DNA of 64,000 nt from a virus. Of the stretch, positions 45,662 to 56,202 are shown piece after piece. How positions within the stretch are numbered: position 1 is the first letter of the stretch; each line of letters opens with the position of its first letter. A model generated the notes under the pieces. It saw nothing but the letters and a program-made list of their open reading frames with translations. It did no database searches and was not told where the DNA came from. The DNA lies in IMG/VR virus record IMGVR_UViG_3300027749_000040, positions 110,471 through 174,470 of that record; one strand, given 5' to 3'. The position numbers were made by a program, and so were the translations under genes.

Positions 45662-48600
45662 ATGAGCCAAAAAAATATTGACTTCGGGGCGTTTCCTGAT
45701 GATCCATCAGCAGATGCGATAAGATCCGCATTCCAAAAAGTACAAGATAACTTTGATGAAGTATATAGTGGTCTTACTAGTGCGTCTGTAAATTCAGTTA
45801 ATAGATCCCAAGGTGCCGGCATCACTGTTAATAGCCCTACCGGAAATGTAGTAGTAAGTGCAAACATTGCAAATGTCACAGTCCAATCACCTAATTTAAT
45901 ATTCGGCACTAGTTTATCAGTCTTAGCTAGTTCTGCGGTTTACACCTCATCTACTCAAGTACTGTATGTGGTTGTCCCCAATACATTCTCTATTGGAAAT
46001 ATAGTACTATCGGGCGACGCAAATGTAGGTGGTAATTTATCAGTAGGTGGAAATGTTAGTTTAGGAAATGTAGTAGCAGCCAATTACTTTATTGGATCAG
46101 GTAATAATTTAAGTAATATCCAAGGTGCTAATGTTACGGGAACAGTCGCTCTTGCAACAACTGCGGGCACAGTGTCAACAAATGCTCAACCAAATATTAC
46201 AAGTGTAGGCACATTAACATCTGTTAGTGTTTCCGGTAATTTAACCTCAGGTAATGCTAATTTGGGAAATGCAGTAACAGCTAATTACTTCATTGGATCA
46301 GGTAACAATTTAAGCAATATTCAAGCCGCAAATATAACTGGCACTGCCGCAAACTCAAACTATGCCGCATACGCCGGCGATGTGGTGAATGCATCACAAT
46401 CAAATATAACTAGTGTTGGCACATTGACAGGCATATCTGTATCAGGTAATGCAAACATAGGTAACATTGGCACAAGTATAATAACAGCAATCGGTAATAT
46501 CACCGGTGCTAATTTAGTAACAGGTGGATTGTTATCTGTTACGGGTAATGCAAACATAGGTAACATTGGCACAAGTATAATAACAGCAATCGGTAATATC
46601 ACCGGTGCTAATTTAGTAACAGGTGGATTGTTATCTGTTACGGGTAATGCAAATGTTGGCAATGTTGGTACTACGGGTTTATATGCAACAACATTAAGTG
46701 CAACGGGTAATGCAAATGTTGGTAACATTGGTGCAATAGACGTAGTAGCAACAACACTAGCTGGTTCTTTAACAACAAACGCACAGCCAAATGTTACAAG
46801 TACGGGTACACTAACATCTATTTCTGTGTCAGGTAATGCAAACATAGGTAATATTGGCACAAGTATAATTACTGCAACCGGGAACATTACCGGTGCTAAC
46901 TTAATAACAGGTGGGTTGCTATCTGTTATCGGTAATGCTACATTAGGTAATGTATCTGTTACGGGTAATTTAACAGCCGGTAATATTGTAGTTGATAGTA
47001 TCGTTAATGGCAATAGTAATGTTGATATTACTAACTCAAACGGTAATATTACAATGGGCGTTAATGGTAATGCCGATGTGTTTATTGCTACTGGCAGTGG
47101 AGTCATTGTCAATGGCACATTAAACGCAAGTACTAATATAACAACACCGCAATTAATTTCAAACATAGCAACAGGCACTGCTCCATTCATAGTGTCATCT
47201 ACTACACAAGTTGCTAATTTAAGTGTAGCCACTAGTGGTAGTGCAAATACTGCAGGTACTGTAACAACGAATTCTCAACCAAACATTACAAGTATTGGTA
47301 ATTTATCTAGTTTAACAAGTAATGGCATAATTGATTTTACCAATTCAACAAATGTGTCATTGGGAAGTAATACCATTGTTCATATCACCGGTGGAACGAA
47401 CGGTCAAGTACTTGCAACTGATGGTTCAGGGAACCTTAACTGGACAACATATATTGGTTCACCTATTGCAGGAAATACCACAGAAGTACAATTTAAAGAT
47501 ACTAGTGGTAACTTGGGTGCAAGTGCTAATTTTACATTTAACAAAACAACTAATACACTATCAGCAACGAATATTACTGGTACTACAGTAAGTCTAACTG
47601 GTAATGCTAATGTAGGCAATTTAGGTACAGGTAATATAGTTGCTTCCGGAGATGTCAACGGTGGTAATTTAGGTACCGGAGGAAATATCACTGCATCGGG
47701 TAACATTACCGGTGCATATATTTTAGGTAACGGTAGTCAGTTATCGGGTTTGCCAAGTGGTACAGGTGTTGCTAACGGTACATCTAGTGTAACTGTTCCT
47801 ACTACTAATGGTAATGTTGTCATTGCTTCCGCAGGAAATACTGTAGCAAATATTACAGGTACAGGTATAAATGTCGCAGGTACACTAAGTGCTAGTGGTA
47901 ATGCCAACGTAGCTAATATTGGCGCGACAAATGGCGTCTTCACTAATGTAAGTGGTAATGGATCAGCACTAACATCAATAACTGGTGGTAATGTAACCGG
48001 TGCAGTTTCATTTGCTACAACAGCTAATGCGGTAGCAGGAGCTAATGTAAGTGGTACAGTGTCAAGTGCAAATACTGCAGGTACTGTTACAACAAATGCT
48101 CAACCAAACATTACAAGTACAGGTACATTAACTTCTCTATCTGTATCAGGTAATGCCAATGTAGGTAACATTGGTGCAACTAACGGTGTGTTCACGAATA
48201 TTTCGGGTAACGGTTCATCATTAACTTCATTAACTGGTGCAAGTATTACCGGACAAGTTTCTTACGCTAACATTGCTAACTCAGTAGCATTAGTAAATGT
48301 GTCAGGCGCAGGTAATATTGCATCTATTAACATAAATGGCAATGCATCACAGATATTATATGGTAATGGCGTATTTGCGGCATCACCTGTAACTTATGAC
48401 AATAGCAATGTAGCAACATTCCTTGCTAGTTATGGCAGTAACACAATCACTACAACAGGTAATGTTTCAGTTGGTAATATTATTGGTAATGGACAAGCGT
48501 TAACAGGTATTGCTGGTGCAAATGTTACAGGTCAAGTAGGTAATTCGTTAATATCTAGTACAGTATATACTAATGCTCAACCAAACATTACAAGCTTAGG

Positions 48601-49894
48601 AACATTAACAAGTTTAAGTTCAATCGGAAACATTAATAGTGCTAACATTACCGGTAATCATTATGGTGCGGGTAATAACTTATCAAATATACAAGGTGCC
48701 AACGTAACGGGTGCAGTATCTAGTGCAAATACTGCAGGTACTGTCACAACAAATGCACAACCAAACATTACAAGTTTAGGAACACTAAGTTCACTAAGTG
48801 TCACTGGTAATGTGACTGGTGGTAACTTAACAACTGGTGGATTGATTACTGCTACAGGTAACGCTAACGTAGGTAACTTAGGTACCGCACAATTAATAGC
48901 TACAGGTAATGTAGCACTGAGTGGAGCAAATGTAAGTTTAGGTGCTGTTGCTAATTTAAAGATTACAGGTGGCACTGCAAACTACTTCTTACAAACTGAT
49001 GGATCAGGTAATTTAACTTGGGCAACATCTAGTTCAACTGTTGCAGGGGCATTTACTTATACACAAGTAACTCCGACAACAACTTGGGTAATCAATCACA
49101 ATTTAGGTTATCAATATGTTAACATTCAAGTTGTTGACAGTACTGGTAATAGTTTTACAGGTAGATATAATTATCCAACTGTTACATTCAATAACACAAC
49201 TCATTGTACTGTAATATTTGATAGCGCACAAGCAGGTTATGCCGCTGTATCTTCAGGTGGTGGTAATGTTGGCCCAGCTGGCCCGGCAGCCACTATCGGT
49301 GGCTCAAATACACAAGTTCAATATAATAATGCAGGTGTATTAGGTGGTTCATCTGCATTCACATTTAATAATTCAAGTAACTTAGTATCAATGACTTCAT
49401 TGAGCATTAGTGCTAATGCTAATATTGGTAACATTGGTACAGGCGGTGTGATTACCGCAACTGGTAACATTACTGGTGGTAATATCAGTGGTACATTATT
49501 AACAGGTACTCTGGCAACAGCAAGTCAACCCAATGTTACTGCTGTAGGAACACTAGCATCATTGAGTGTAAGTGGTAATGCTAACGTAGGTAATATAGGT
49601 GCAACAAACATTGTTGGTACAATATCTACTGCATCACAGACTAATATAACTGCTGTAGGAACACTAGCATCATTGAGTGTAAGTGGTAATGCTAACGTAG
49701 GTAATATAGGTGCAACTACCGGTGTATATACTACATTAACTGCAACCGGAAATGTAACAGCCGGTAATGTTTCCGTAGGAACAGGTACTCTAACAGTGGG
49801 TACAGTAACTACTGGCTCAAACACAACAGCAGGCACCATGACTGGTAACTTTACATTAAGTGCAGGGTCAAGATTAGCAGCCACTTACTCATAA
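45662..49894 (+). CDS. Long tail fibre-like protein (1410 aa)
   Basis: N-terminal D.IRSAFQKVQDNFDEVY anchor; about nine Q(P/S/T)N(I/V)T..G.L repeats; late promoters at 45634-45648. Confidence 0.8.
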   Translation: MSQKNIDFGAFPDDPSADAIRSAFQKVQDNFDEVYSGLTSASVNSVNRSQGAGITVNSPTGNVVVSANIANVTVQSPNLIFGTSLSVLASSAVYTSSTQVLYVVVPNTFSIGNIVLSGDANVGGNLSVGGNVSLGNVVAANYFIGSGNNLSNIQGANVTGTVALATTAGTVSTNAQPNITSVGTLTSVSVSGNLTSGNANLGNAVTANYFIGSGNNLSNIQAANITGTAANSNYAAYAGDVVNASQSNITSVGTLTGISVSGNANIGNIGTSIITAIGNITGANLVTGGLLSVTGNANIGNIGTSIITAIGNITGANLVTGGLLSVTGNANVGNVGTTGLYATTLSATGNANVGNIGAIDVVATTLAGSLTTNAQPNVTSTGTLTSISVSGNANIGNIGTSIITATGNITGANLITGGLLSVIGNATLGNVSVTGNLTAGNIVVDSIVNGNSNVDITNSNGNITMGVNGNADVFIATGSGVIVNGTLNASTNITTPQLISNIATGTAPFIVSSTTQVANLSVATSGSANTAGTVTTNSQPNITSIGNLSSLTSNGIIDFTNSTNVSLGSNTIVHITGGTNGQVLATDGSGNLNWTTYIGSPIAGNTTEVQFKDTSGNLGASANFTFNKTTNTLSATNITGTTVSLTGNANVGNLGTGNIVASGDVNGGNLGTGGNITASGNITGAYILGNGSQLSGLPSGTGVANGTSSVTVPTTNGNVVIASAGNTVANITGTGINVAGTLSASGNANVANIGATNGVFTNVSGNGSALTSITGGNVTGAVSFATTANAVAGANVSGTVSSANTAGTVTTNAQPNITSTGTLTSLSVSGNANVGNIGATNGVFTNISGNGSSLTSLTGASITGQVSYANIANSVALVNVSGAGNIASININGNASQILYGNGVFAASPVTYDNSNVATFLASYGSNTITTTGNVSVGNIIGNGQALTGIAGANVTGQVGNSLISSTVYTNAQPNITSLGTLTSLSSIGNINSANITGNHYGAGNNLSNIQGANVTGAVSSANTAGTVTTNAQPNITSLGTLSSLSVTGNVTGGNLTTGGLITATGNANVGNLGTAQLIATGNVALSGANVSLGAVANLKITGGTANYFLQTDGSGNLTWATSSSTVAGAFTYTQVTPTTTWVINHNLGYQYVNIQVVDSTGNSFTGRYNYPTVTFNNTTHCTVIFDSAQAGYAAVSSGGGNVGPAGPAATIGGSNTQVQYNNAGVLGGSSAFTFNNSSNLVSMTSLSISANANIGNIGTGGVITATGNITGGNISGTLLTGTLATASQPNVTAVGTLASLSVSGNANVGNIGATNIVGTISTASQTNITAVGTLASLSVSGNANVGNIGATTGVYTTLTATGNVTAGNVSVGTGTLTVGTVTTGSNTTAGTMTGNFTLSAGSRLAATYS
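46445..46653 (+). repeat. Perfect 99-bp (33-aa) tandem duplication within the fibre gene
   Basis: Unit 46445-46543 repeated at 46544-46642; diverged third copy near 46832-46930. Confidence 0.9.
49538..49716 (+). repeat. 68-bp exact repeat with 111-bp period within the fibre gene
   Basis: 49538-49605 = 49649-49716. Confidence 0.85.
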
Positions 49895-49903
49895 GGAGAA
49901 CAA

Positions 49904-50527
49904 ATGATAACAATAGAATTATTACAGGCATTATGTCCAAAAACAAAACGATCTTTGTTAGAAGGTTATATTGAGCCGTTAAATACAGCCGCACAATATT
50001 ACGATATGTTTGATAATTTAAATCGTGTTGCAGGATTCTTAGCACAAATAGCACATGAGTCTGGTGGATTTACTGCTGTTAAAGAAAACTTAAACTACAG
50101 TGCTAAAGGATTGATGGGTACTTTTAAAAAATATTTTCCTACAGAAGAATTAGCAAAGCAGTACGAGCGTAAACCTGAAAAGATTGCCAATCGTGTTTAT
50201 GCTAATCGTATGAATAACGGTGATGAGTCTTCGGGTGATGGGTACCGTTTTTGTGGTCGAGGATTAATTCAATTAACAGGTCGAGCTAACTATACTAAAT
50301 TTGCTAATGATTTGGGTATGAGTATTGAAGATACAATTGCATATTTAGAGACACCAAACGGTGCTGTAGCAAGTGCGGGTTGGTTTTGGGACAATAACAA
50401 CTTAAATCAATATTGTGATCGTAATGATTTTGTTACATTGACTAAACGTATTAACGGCGGAACCATTGGATTAGCCGATAGAGAGCATCACTATCATTTA
50501 GCATTGAAATTATTAGGTACGCATTAA
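49904..50527 (+). CDS. Glycoside hydrolase family 19 lysozyme/endolysin
   Basis: FLAQIAHESGGF, ENLNYS, GRGLIQLTGRANY, TKRINGG..GL.DR; SD AAGGAG. Confidence 0.92.
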   Translation: MITIELLQALCPKTKRSLLEGYIEPLNTAAQYYDMFDNLNRVAGFLAQIAHESGGFTAVKENLNYSAKGLMGTFKKYFPTEELAKQYERKPEKIANRVYANRMNNGDESSGDGYRFCGRGLIQLTGRANYTKFANDLGMSIEDTIAYLETPNGAVASAGWFWDNNNLNQYCDRNDFVTLTKRINGGTIGLADREHHYHLALKLLGTH

Positions 50528-50528
50528 T

Positions 50529-53024
50529 ATGGCACAACCAATTTGGAATACTCCTGCAGGATCAATAGGTAGTTTTCCTGCGACATTAACATCACTATTT
50601 CAATTGAGTGCTAGTGCAGTGGCGCCGGCGACATCAGTTACATATGCGTTAATAAGTGGAACATTGCCTAGTGGCATTTTAATTGATATACATGGTTTAT
50701 TATCGGGTACACCAACAATCGTAGTATCAAATGTAACTTCAACTTTTACAGTACGTGTTACTGATAATTTAGGAAACTTGAGAGATAGAACTTTTAGTAT
50801 GACTATTACCGGTACTGCTATCCCTCAATTTCTCACACCCAACGGCAGTCTATTAACAACACAAGATAGTATATGGATACAATCTTCTATTGCGTACTCT
50901 AATCCAAAAACAGACAATCCTGTTATCATTCAAGTAAGAGAAGGCTCATTGCCCCCTGGTTTAGAAATTGATTTATTGGGAGTTATTCGGGGATATGCTA
51001 ATCCACCTATAGTTACTATTACGCAACCATCAGTTATTGCCAATGCTTCAGAAACCGTAAGTAGTAACAATACACTAGTAGTTTCTTCTACTGCCGGCTT
51101 TAGTGTTGGTCGCCCGGTTAATTTTACAGGAACAACCTTTGGTGGTGTCAATACTGGTATAACATATTATGTTAAATCAATATTGAATTCAACTACTTTT
51201 ACAATTACTGCTACACAAAACGGCCCCACGTATTTAATAAACAATGGCGCAGGTTTAATGACAGTAACTTTACCACCGGTGTCTACTGGTAATCCTACAA
51301 TTAGGACATATACATTTACGCTTGAATTGTCTAGCCCATTGGGTTCTGATTTGGGAAATTTTTCAATTACTGTAGTTAATCAAAATGTTCCTGTCAATCA
51401 AGGAGGACCAGGAAAACCCAATAATAGTAGAATTCCTGTACTTTACAATGCTAGACCACCTACATTTATCATAAATGATAACGATCCATACTATGGATAT
51501 TATATATTGCCGCCAGTAGCACCTACTCAATTTGCTAATATGGGTAGTTTTCAAAGCGGCGAATATTTTGCATTTAAAATGATAGGACATGATTTTGACA
51601 GTAACCCAATCAAATACATATATTCTAATTTACCTGCCGGATTAACAGGTGATGTGAACACTGGATGGATCACTGGCACACCTTCATTAGCGTCAACTGG
51701 AATTAGTAATTATAACTTTAGCGTAGGTGTTTATAAGTCTGATGCGCCGCAATATGCTAGCCCGTTTTATAATTTTAATTTTGCATTACAAAAGAATATT
51801 ACAGGTAACATTACTTGGATTACTGATAGTGCATTGGGTCAACTATATAACGGCAATATTAGTACACTCTTTGTAAGAGCAAGTAGTGATGTTGGTTTAA
51901 GTTACAGATTAACATCTGGAACGTTACCTCCTAACTTATCAATTGCAAGTAATGGAGAAATAATTGGAAGAGTAGCAGATCAACCAACTGACAAATATTT
52001 AGAACTAGGTGATATTTCAAATTATACCTTTACCATACAAGCCTATTCTACAATTTATCCCACAGTTATTTCTAGTAAAACCTTTACAATTAGTGTATTA
52101 CAAGAGTTTAATCAACCAACTGATACATTATATATAAAGGCTGCACCACCTATAAATGATAGATTGATATTGCGTGAGTTGTTGGGTAGCGATACAATTA
52201 TACCTACTGATACTTTGTATAGACCAGATGATCAATACTTTGGTAAAGCAACAAGTGTTATATATGAACATGCATATGGTATATATGCGAGTGACATACA
52301 ACAATACTTACAAGCAGTTACAAGAAATCATTATTGGAGAAATATTACTTTAGGGGAATTAAAAACTGCTGTAGCAAGAAATAGTGCAGGAGATATTATA
52401 TATGAAGTTGTATATAGTGAAGTGATTGACAACTTAGTTAATCCTCAAGGAGTGAGTATACAAAGTCAAATTCTTTGGCCAAGAGCAATAGATTTGGGAT
52501 TAGGCCCATGGTATACAAGTAATAATGAGATTTTTACTAGTTGGGAAGAATTATTAGGACAACAATATTATACTAGTTTAACCCCCGGTTATGCACAAGT
52601 TCTGTATCCAAACAGTTTATACAATATGCGTAATCGTGTAGCACAAGTTGTTGGACAAGAATATGATAGTAGATTGTTACCGCAGTGGATGACAAGCCAA
52701 CAAATAAATGGTAGCACATTGGGTTATATTCAAGCATGGGTAATTTGCTATACTAAACCGGGATATGCAGAGACAGTAAAGAACAATATTGAAACACTAT
52801 GGCTTGACCCAGTTGGTAATGTTTATACATTGAATTTAATTAATTTCCAAATTGATAGATTCAGTGTAGATAAGAGTGCTACTTATAATTATGATAATCA
52901 CACTGACCCGGCAGCTTGGACAGGTTTACCTAGTGCTACCCCAGCGCCAGATCCATTAGATAGTAGAGATTTCTATGTGTTATTTCCTAGACAAACAATT
53001 TTACCGAATCAAACACAATACTAA
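50529..53024 (+). CDS. Virion structural protein with tandem Ig-like (He_PIG-type) domains
   Basis: Repeated G.LP.GL......G.I.G.P modules. Confidence 0.75.
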   Translation: MAQPIWNTPAGSIGSFPATLTSLFQLSASAVAPATSVTYALISGTLPSGILIDIHGLLSGTPTIVVSNVTSTFTVRVTDNLGNLRDRTFSMTITGTAIPQFLTPNGSLLTTQDSIWIQSSIAYSNPKTDNPVIIQVREGSLPPGLEIDLLGVIRGYANPPIVTITQPSVIANASETVSSNNTLVVSSTAGFSVGRPVNFTGTTFGGVNTGITYYVKSILNSTTFTITATQNGPTYLINNGAGLMTVTLPPVSTGNPTIRTYTFTLELSSPLGSDLGNFSITVVNQNVPVNQGGPGKPNNSRIPVLYNARPPTFIINDNDPYYGYYILPPVAPTQFANMGSFQSGEYFAFKMIGHDFDSNPIKYIYSNLPAGLTGDVNTGWITGTPSLASTGISNYNFSVGVYKSDAPQYASPFYNFNFALQKNITGNITWITDSALGQLYNGNISTLFVRASSDVGLSYRLTSGTLPPNLSIASNGEIIGRVADQPTDKYLELGDISNYTFTIQAYSTIYPTVISSKTFTISVLQEFNQPTDTLYIKAAPPINDRLILRELLGSDTIIPTDTLYRPDDQYFGKATSVIYEHAYGIYASDIQQYLQAVTRNHYWRNITLGELKTAVARNSAGDIIYEVVYSEVIDNLVNPQGVSIQSQILWPRAIDLGLGPWYTSNNEIFTSWEELLGQQYYTSLTPGYAQVLYPNSLYNMRNRVAQVVGQEYDSRLLPQWMTSQQINGSTLGYIQAWVICYTKPGYAETVKNNIETLWLDPVGNVYTLNLINFQIDRFSVDKSATYNYDNHTDPAAWTGLPSATPAPDPLDSRDFYVLFPRQTILPNQTQY

Positions 53025-53046
53025 ATACTAGACGGAACAAATAATT

Positions 53047-55905
53047 ATGACAAGTGCAATCAATACAAACGGAATCAATGTAAACTATCCAGTACCGGGT
53101 ATCAATAATAGTTCACAGGGCTTTAGAGATAACTTTGCTGCCATCAAAACTGATTTGAATGTTGCGGCTACAGAGATTACAGATTTACAAAATAATGCTG
53201 TCTTAAAGCAAGCATTGACAGGAACCACATTAAATAATGACATGGCTAATACATTAATTAGCAATGCTGTTACTAGAGGATTTAGAGCAAGTACTTTTAA
53301 CTTAGGTAATGCTATTTCCGGCACTCTTATAATTAACGCAGGTTTGGGCGATGTGCAAACCGGTACTATCAATGGCAATACTACAATTCAATTTACAGGC
53401 TGGGCGCCAAGAGGTACTCAAAGTAATGTTGAAGTACAATTAAACATAGCTAATAACTTGGCAGTAATTGCTTTGCCATCACAAGTTAATATTAATGGTA
53501 CATCGGGAATAGAAACAATTGAAAACTATGCCAATGTTAGCGGCATTCCCACACTAACCATACCATACGATGTTAATCGATTAGATTATCGTTTCAGTAC
53601 ATTAGATTGCGGTGACTCAATTACAATTGAACCATATAATCAACCAAGACAAAGCACACAGTTAAAGCAACGTACACCTAGTCCAGTTGGCGAACAAGGT
53701 GATGTAGTAGGTACATTCTCTATGGATCCTGCAACATCAATTGCATTTGCTACATGCACTGCAACTAATGGCACGTATGATTTTATTACATGTGATAGCA
53801 CATTAGGCTTCTATTTAGATATGCCAGTCGTATTCACTGGTATAACATTTGGTGGTATATTAGGTGGTGGTACATATTATGTACGCTCTATTCTAAGTTC
53901 AACTACATTTACAATTTCAACTATGCCTGGCACATATGCTGGCCCGAGCCAATTAACTAATTTAATAACTGCTACTGGAACAATGTATGTTTCTCCTATC
54001 AGTTATTTGTATGCAAGTACTGGTGCGTATGACGGAACTGTTATGAACAAGTATGCATCAAATACTAATGAAGTAATAACTACCGTAACCGGAACAAATA
54101 CATCTAGTTCAGGTAACACAATTACTGTTTCAAGTACTAGTGGATTTGTTGTTGGTTATCCTGTTGCATTTTCTGGCACTTTATCTAATACTTCAGCAAC
54201 ACAAACTTACTTAACTGCAAATACAATAACTGTTTCAACTACTGCAAACATGATTGTGGGTGGACGCATTGCATTTGCGGCTACTTCGGGCGCTGTGTTT
54301 GGTGGTCTTGTACCATCAACAGCATATTACATTACCAATGTATATCCTGGAAATTCAAACATCACAGTAAGTACAACATTTGGTGGAAATAATATTTCAT
54401 TGTCAAATGATACTGGTTTATGTAGTGTAGATTACAATGGTATCATGGGAGGATTAACTCCTAGCACTGATTACTATGTTCAGAGCATTGCAAATGGCAC
54501 TGCATTCACTGTTTGTGCAAACAATCCCGGGGGTGCACCTGTAGCTTTGATAAGTGAAAACGGATCTATGAATGTAACTACTGTAACTGATTATACAGTT
54601 ACATTAACTAGTAGTACAGGCAACATTACAAATAATTCACCTATCACATTCTCTGGCAATGTATTTGGTGGAGTTACAACGAACACAATATATTATGTAG
54701 CTAACATTACAAATGGTACTGACATTTCGTTATCATCTACACTGTACAATGGTTTATCAGGACAAAAGTTGCCATTAACAACTGCCAATGGAAACATGAC
54801 AGTAGAAATAACAGCTGGTACAGAAATATGGAAATCGGTACCGTTAAAGCCTTTTGGTAGTGCTGAAGATGGCTCTGCTATTAGTGGCGATTTGGTTGTA
54901 TACGGAAATGCCAATGTATTTGGTACTACTACAGTAGCTACAATAAATGCCGGTACTGTAACAGGAAACATAGCGGCTACCAATATCACAGTAAGCAATG
55001 TTGCTAGTTTTGCTAACTCGCAGATAAAAATTACAGGCGGTGGTAGTGGACAGTTTTTACAAACTGATGGCACTGGTAATTTAGCATGGTCTGCTGGAAC
55101 TGTTTCATCAAATGCGGCACCGGGCGGCATTAATACTTATGTTCAATTCAATGATGCAGGAACATTGAATGGTGTTGCAGGATTCACATTTGACAAATCT
55201 ACTAATAGTATTGCTGTCACAGGAAATTTAAGTGCAACTGGTAATACAACAGTTGGCAACTTAACAACTGCTGGAAACATTGTAGCAAATAACTATACTA
55301 CTACAGCGGGTAGTGTAACTGCACCGTTATATAAAAATGGTACAAGTAATATTGCTATTACTAGTGGTGGCAATATAACAATGTATGTTGCAGGTAATGC
55401 AACTGCTAGATTGACTGCAACATCCACAGGTGCAAATATTACAGGTACATTGAGTACTAGTGGTAATGCAATAGTAGGTAACATCAGTACAACAAACGGT
55501 GTATTTGCCGGAGCGTTATCTGGTATTACTACAATAACAGCAAATGGTAATGTATCTGCTTCTAATTTGATATCTAGCACCTACATAGTATCCGGCGTAA
55601 CTAATAGTATTACTGCAAATGGTACAGTTCAAGGCAATGCTACAGTATTAGCAAATGGATTTAACGTAGTAAGTACGGTGTCTAGTAGTAATTATGGTGT
55701 TAAACTTCCAGCGCCAATCAGTGCAAATTCTACAGTTGGTATGCGTGTTCTGGTTAGAAACGACGGTGCTGTTCCATTGTATGTTTATCCTCCTACTGGT
55801 GCACAGATTAATAGTTTGGGTGCCAATATTGCATATCAGCAGAACGCAACATCTACTAACGAGTTTTTCTGTACAGGAAACTTAGTGTGGTATAGTTTGA
55901 ATTGA
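53047..55905 (+). CDS. Large virion fibre/baseplate-associated protein
   Basis: N-terminal SQGFRDNFAAIK coiled coil; repeated FGG.....YY(V/I)......(F/I)T(V/I)S modules; ACTAAATA 53020-53027. Confidence 0.7.
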   Translation: MTSAINTNGINVNYPVPGINNSSQGFRDNFAAIKTDLNVAATEITDLQNNAVLKQALTGTTLNNDMANTLISNAVTRGFRASTFNLGNAISGTLIINAGLGDVQTGTINGNTTIQFTGWAPRGTQSNVEVQLNIANNLAVIALPSQVNINGTSGIETIENYANVSGIPTLTIPYDVNRLDYRFSTLDCGDSITIEPYNQPRQSTQLKQRTPSPVGEQGDVVGTFSMDPATSIAFATCTATNGTYDFITCDSTLGFYLDMPVVFTGITFGGILGGGTYYVRSILSSTTFTISTMPGTYAGPSQLTNLITATGTMYVSPISYLYASTGAYDGTVMNKYASNTNEVITTVTGTNTSSSGNTITVSSTSGFVVGYPVAFSGTLSNTSATQTYLTANTITVSTTANMIVGGRIAFAATSGAVFGGLVPSTAYYITNVYPGNSNITVSTTFGGNNISLSNDTGLCSVDYNGIMGGLTPSTDYYVQSIANGTAFTVCANNPGGAPVALISENGSMNVTTVTDYTVTLTSSTGNITNNSPITFSGNVFGGVTTNTIYYVANITNGTDISLSSTLYNGLSGQKLPLTTANGNMTVEITAGTEIWKSVPLKPFGSAEDGSAISGDLVVYGNANVFGTTTVATINAGTVTGNIAATNITVSNVASFANSQIKITGGGSGQFLQTDGTGNLAWSAGTVSSNAAPGGINTYVQFNDAGTLNGVAGFTFDKSTNSIAVTGNLSATGNTTVGNLTTAGNIVANNYTTTAGSVTAPLYKNGTSNIAITSGGNITMYVAGNATARLTATSTGANITGTLSTSGNAIVGNISTTNGVFAGALSGITTITANGNVSASNLISSTYIVSGVTNSITANGTVQGNATVLANGFNVVSTVSSSNYGVKLPAPISANSTVGMRVLVRNDGAVPLYVYPPTGAQINSLGANIAYQQNATSTNEFFCTGNLVWYSLN

Positions 55906-55917
55906 TAAATAACTTGG

Positions 55918-56166
55918 ATGCAACATCCTTTTATCAATGACCTATCTGACAAGTCTATGGAAGACTTGTCTAACACAATCTCAGAGTTAACTAAAAAGTT
56001 AACCTTTGCTTATCGTATGCAAAATGGGCAAATGATCCATCAACTTCAAATGGTACTTGAAAGCTATCGTACTGAGTATAGCAAACAAATGGATGAGATG
56101 TTTAAGAAGCAAAACATCAAATCAAACATCAGTGTGCAAAAAGAGGGCGAAATCAGATCCAAATGA
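55918..56166 (+). CDS. Hypothetical coiled-coil protein
   Basis: 82 aa; GATAAATA 55904-55911 lies 6 nt upstream. Confidence 0.7.
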   Translation: MQHPFINDLSDKSMEDLSNTISELTKKLTFAYRMQNGQMIHQLQMVLESYRTEYSKQMDEMFKKQNIKSNISVQKEGEIRSK

Positions 56167-56167
56167 T

Positions 56168-56196
56168 TTGACTTCCCTTGTTAAATAGTGTATCAT
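56168..56196 (+). promoter_or_regulatory. sigma70-type promoter, probably leaderless
   Basis: TTGACT-N17-TATCAT; ATG 56203 is 6 nt downstream. Confidence 0.7.
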
Positions 56197-56202
56197 TACA
56201 CA

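Noticed and set aside
46360-49884. Long minus-strand ORFs (e.g. 46360-47232, 290 aa) opposite the fibre gene; similar ones at 24328-24870 and 54693-55130
   Set aside because: Antisense shadows of repetitive Gly/Asn/Thr/Ala codons; no SD, promoter or protein-like features.
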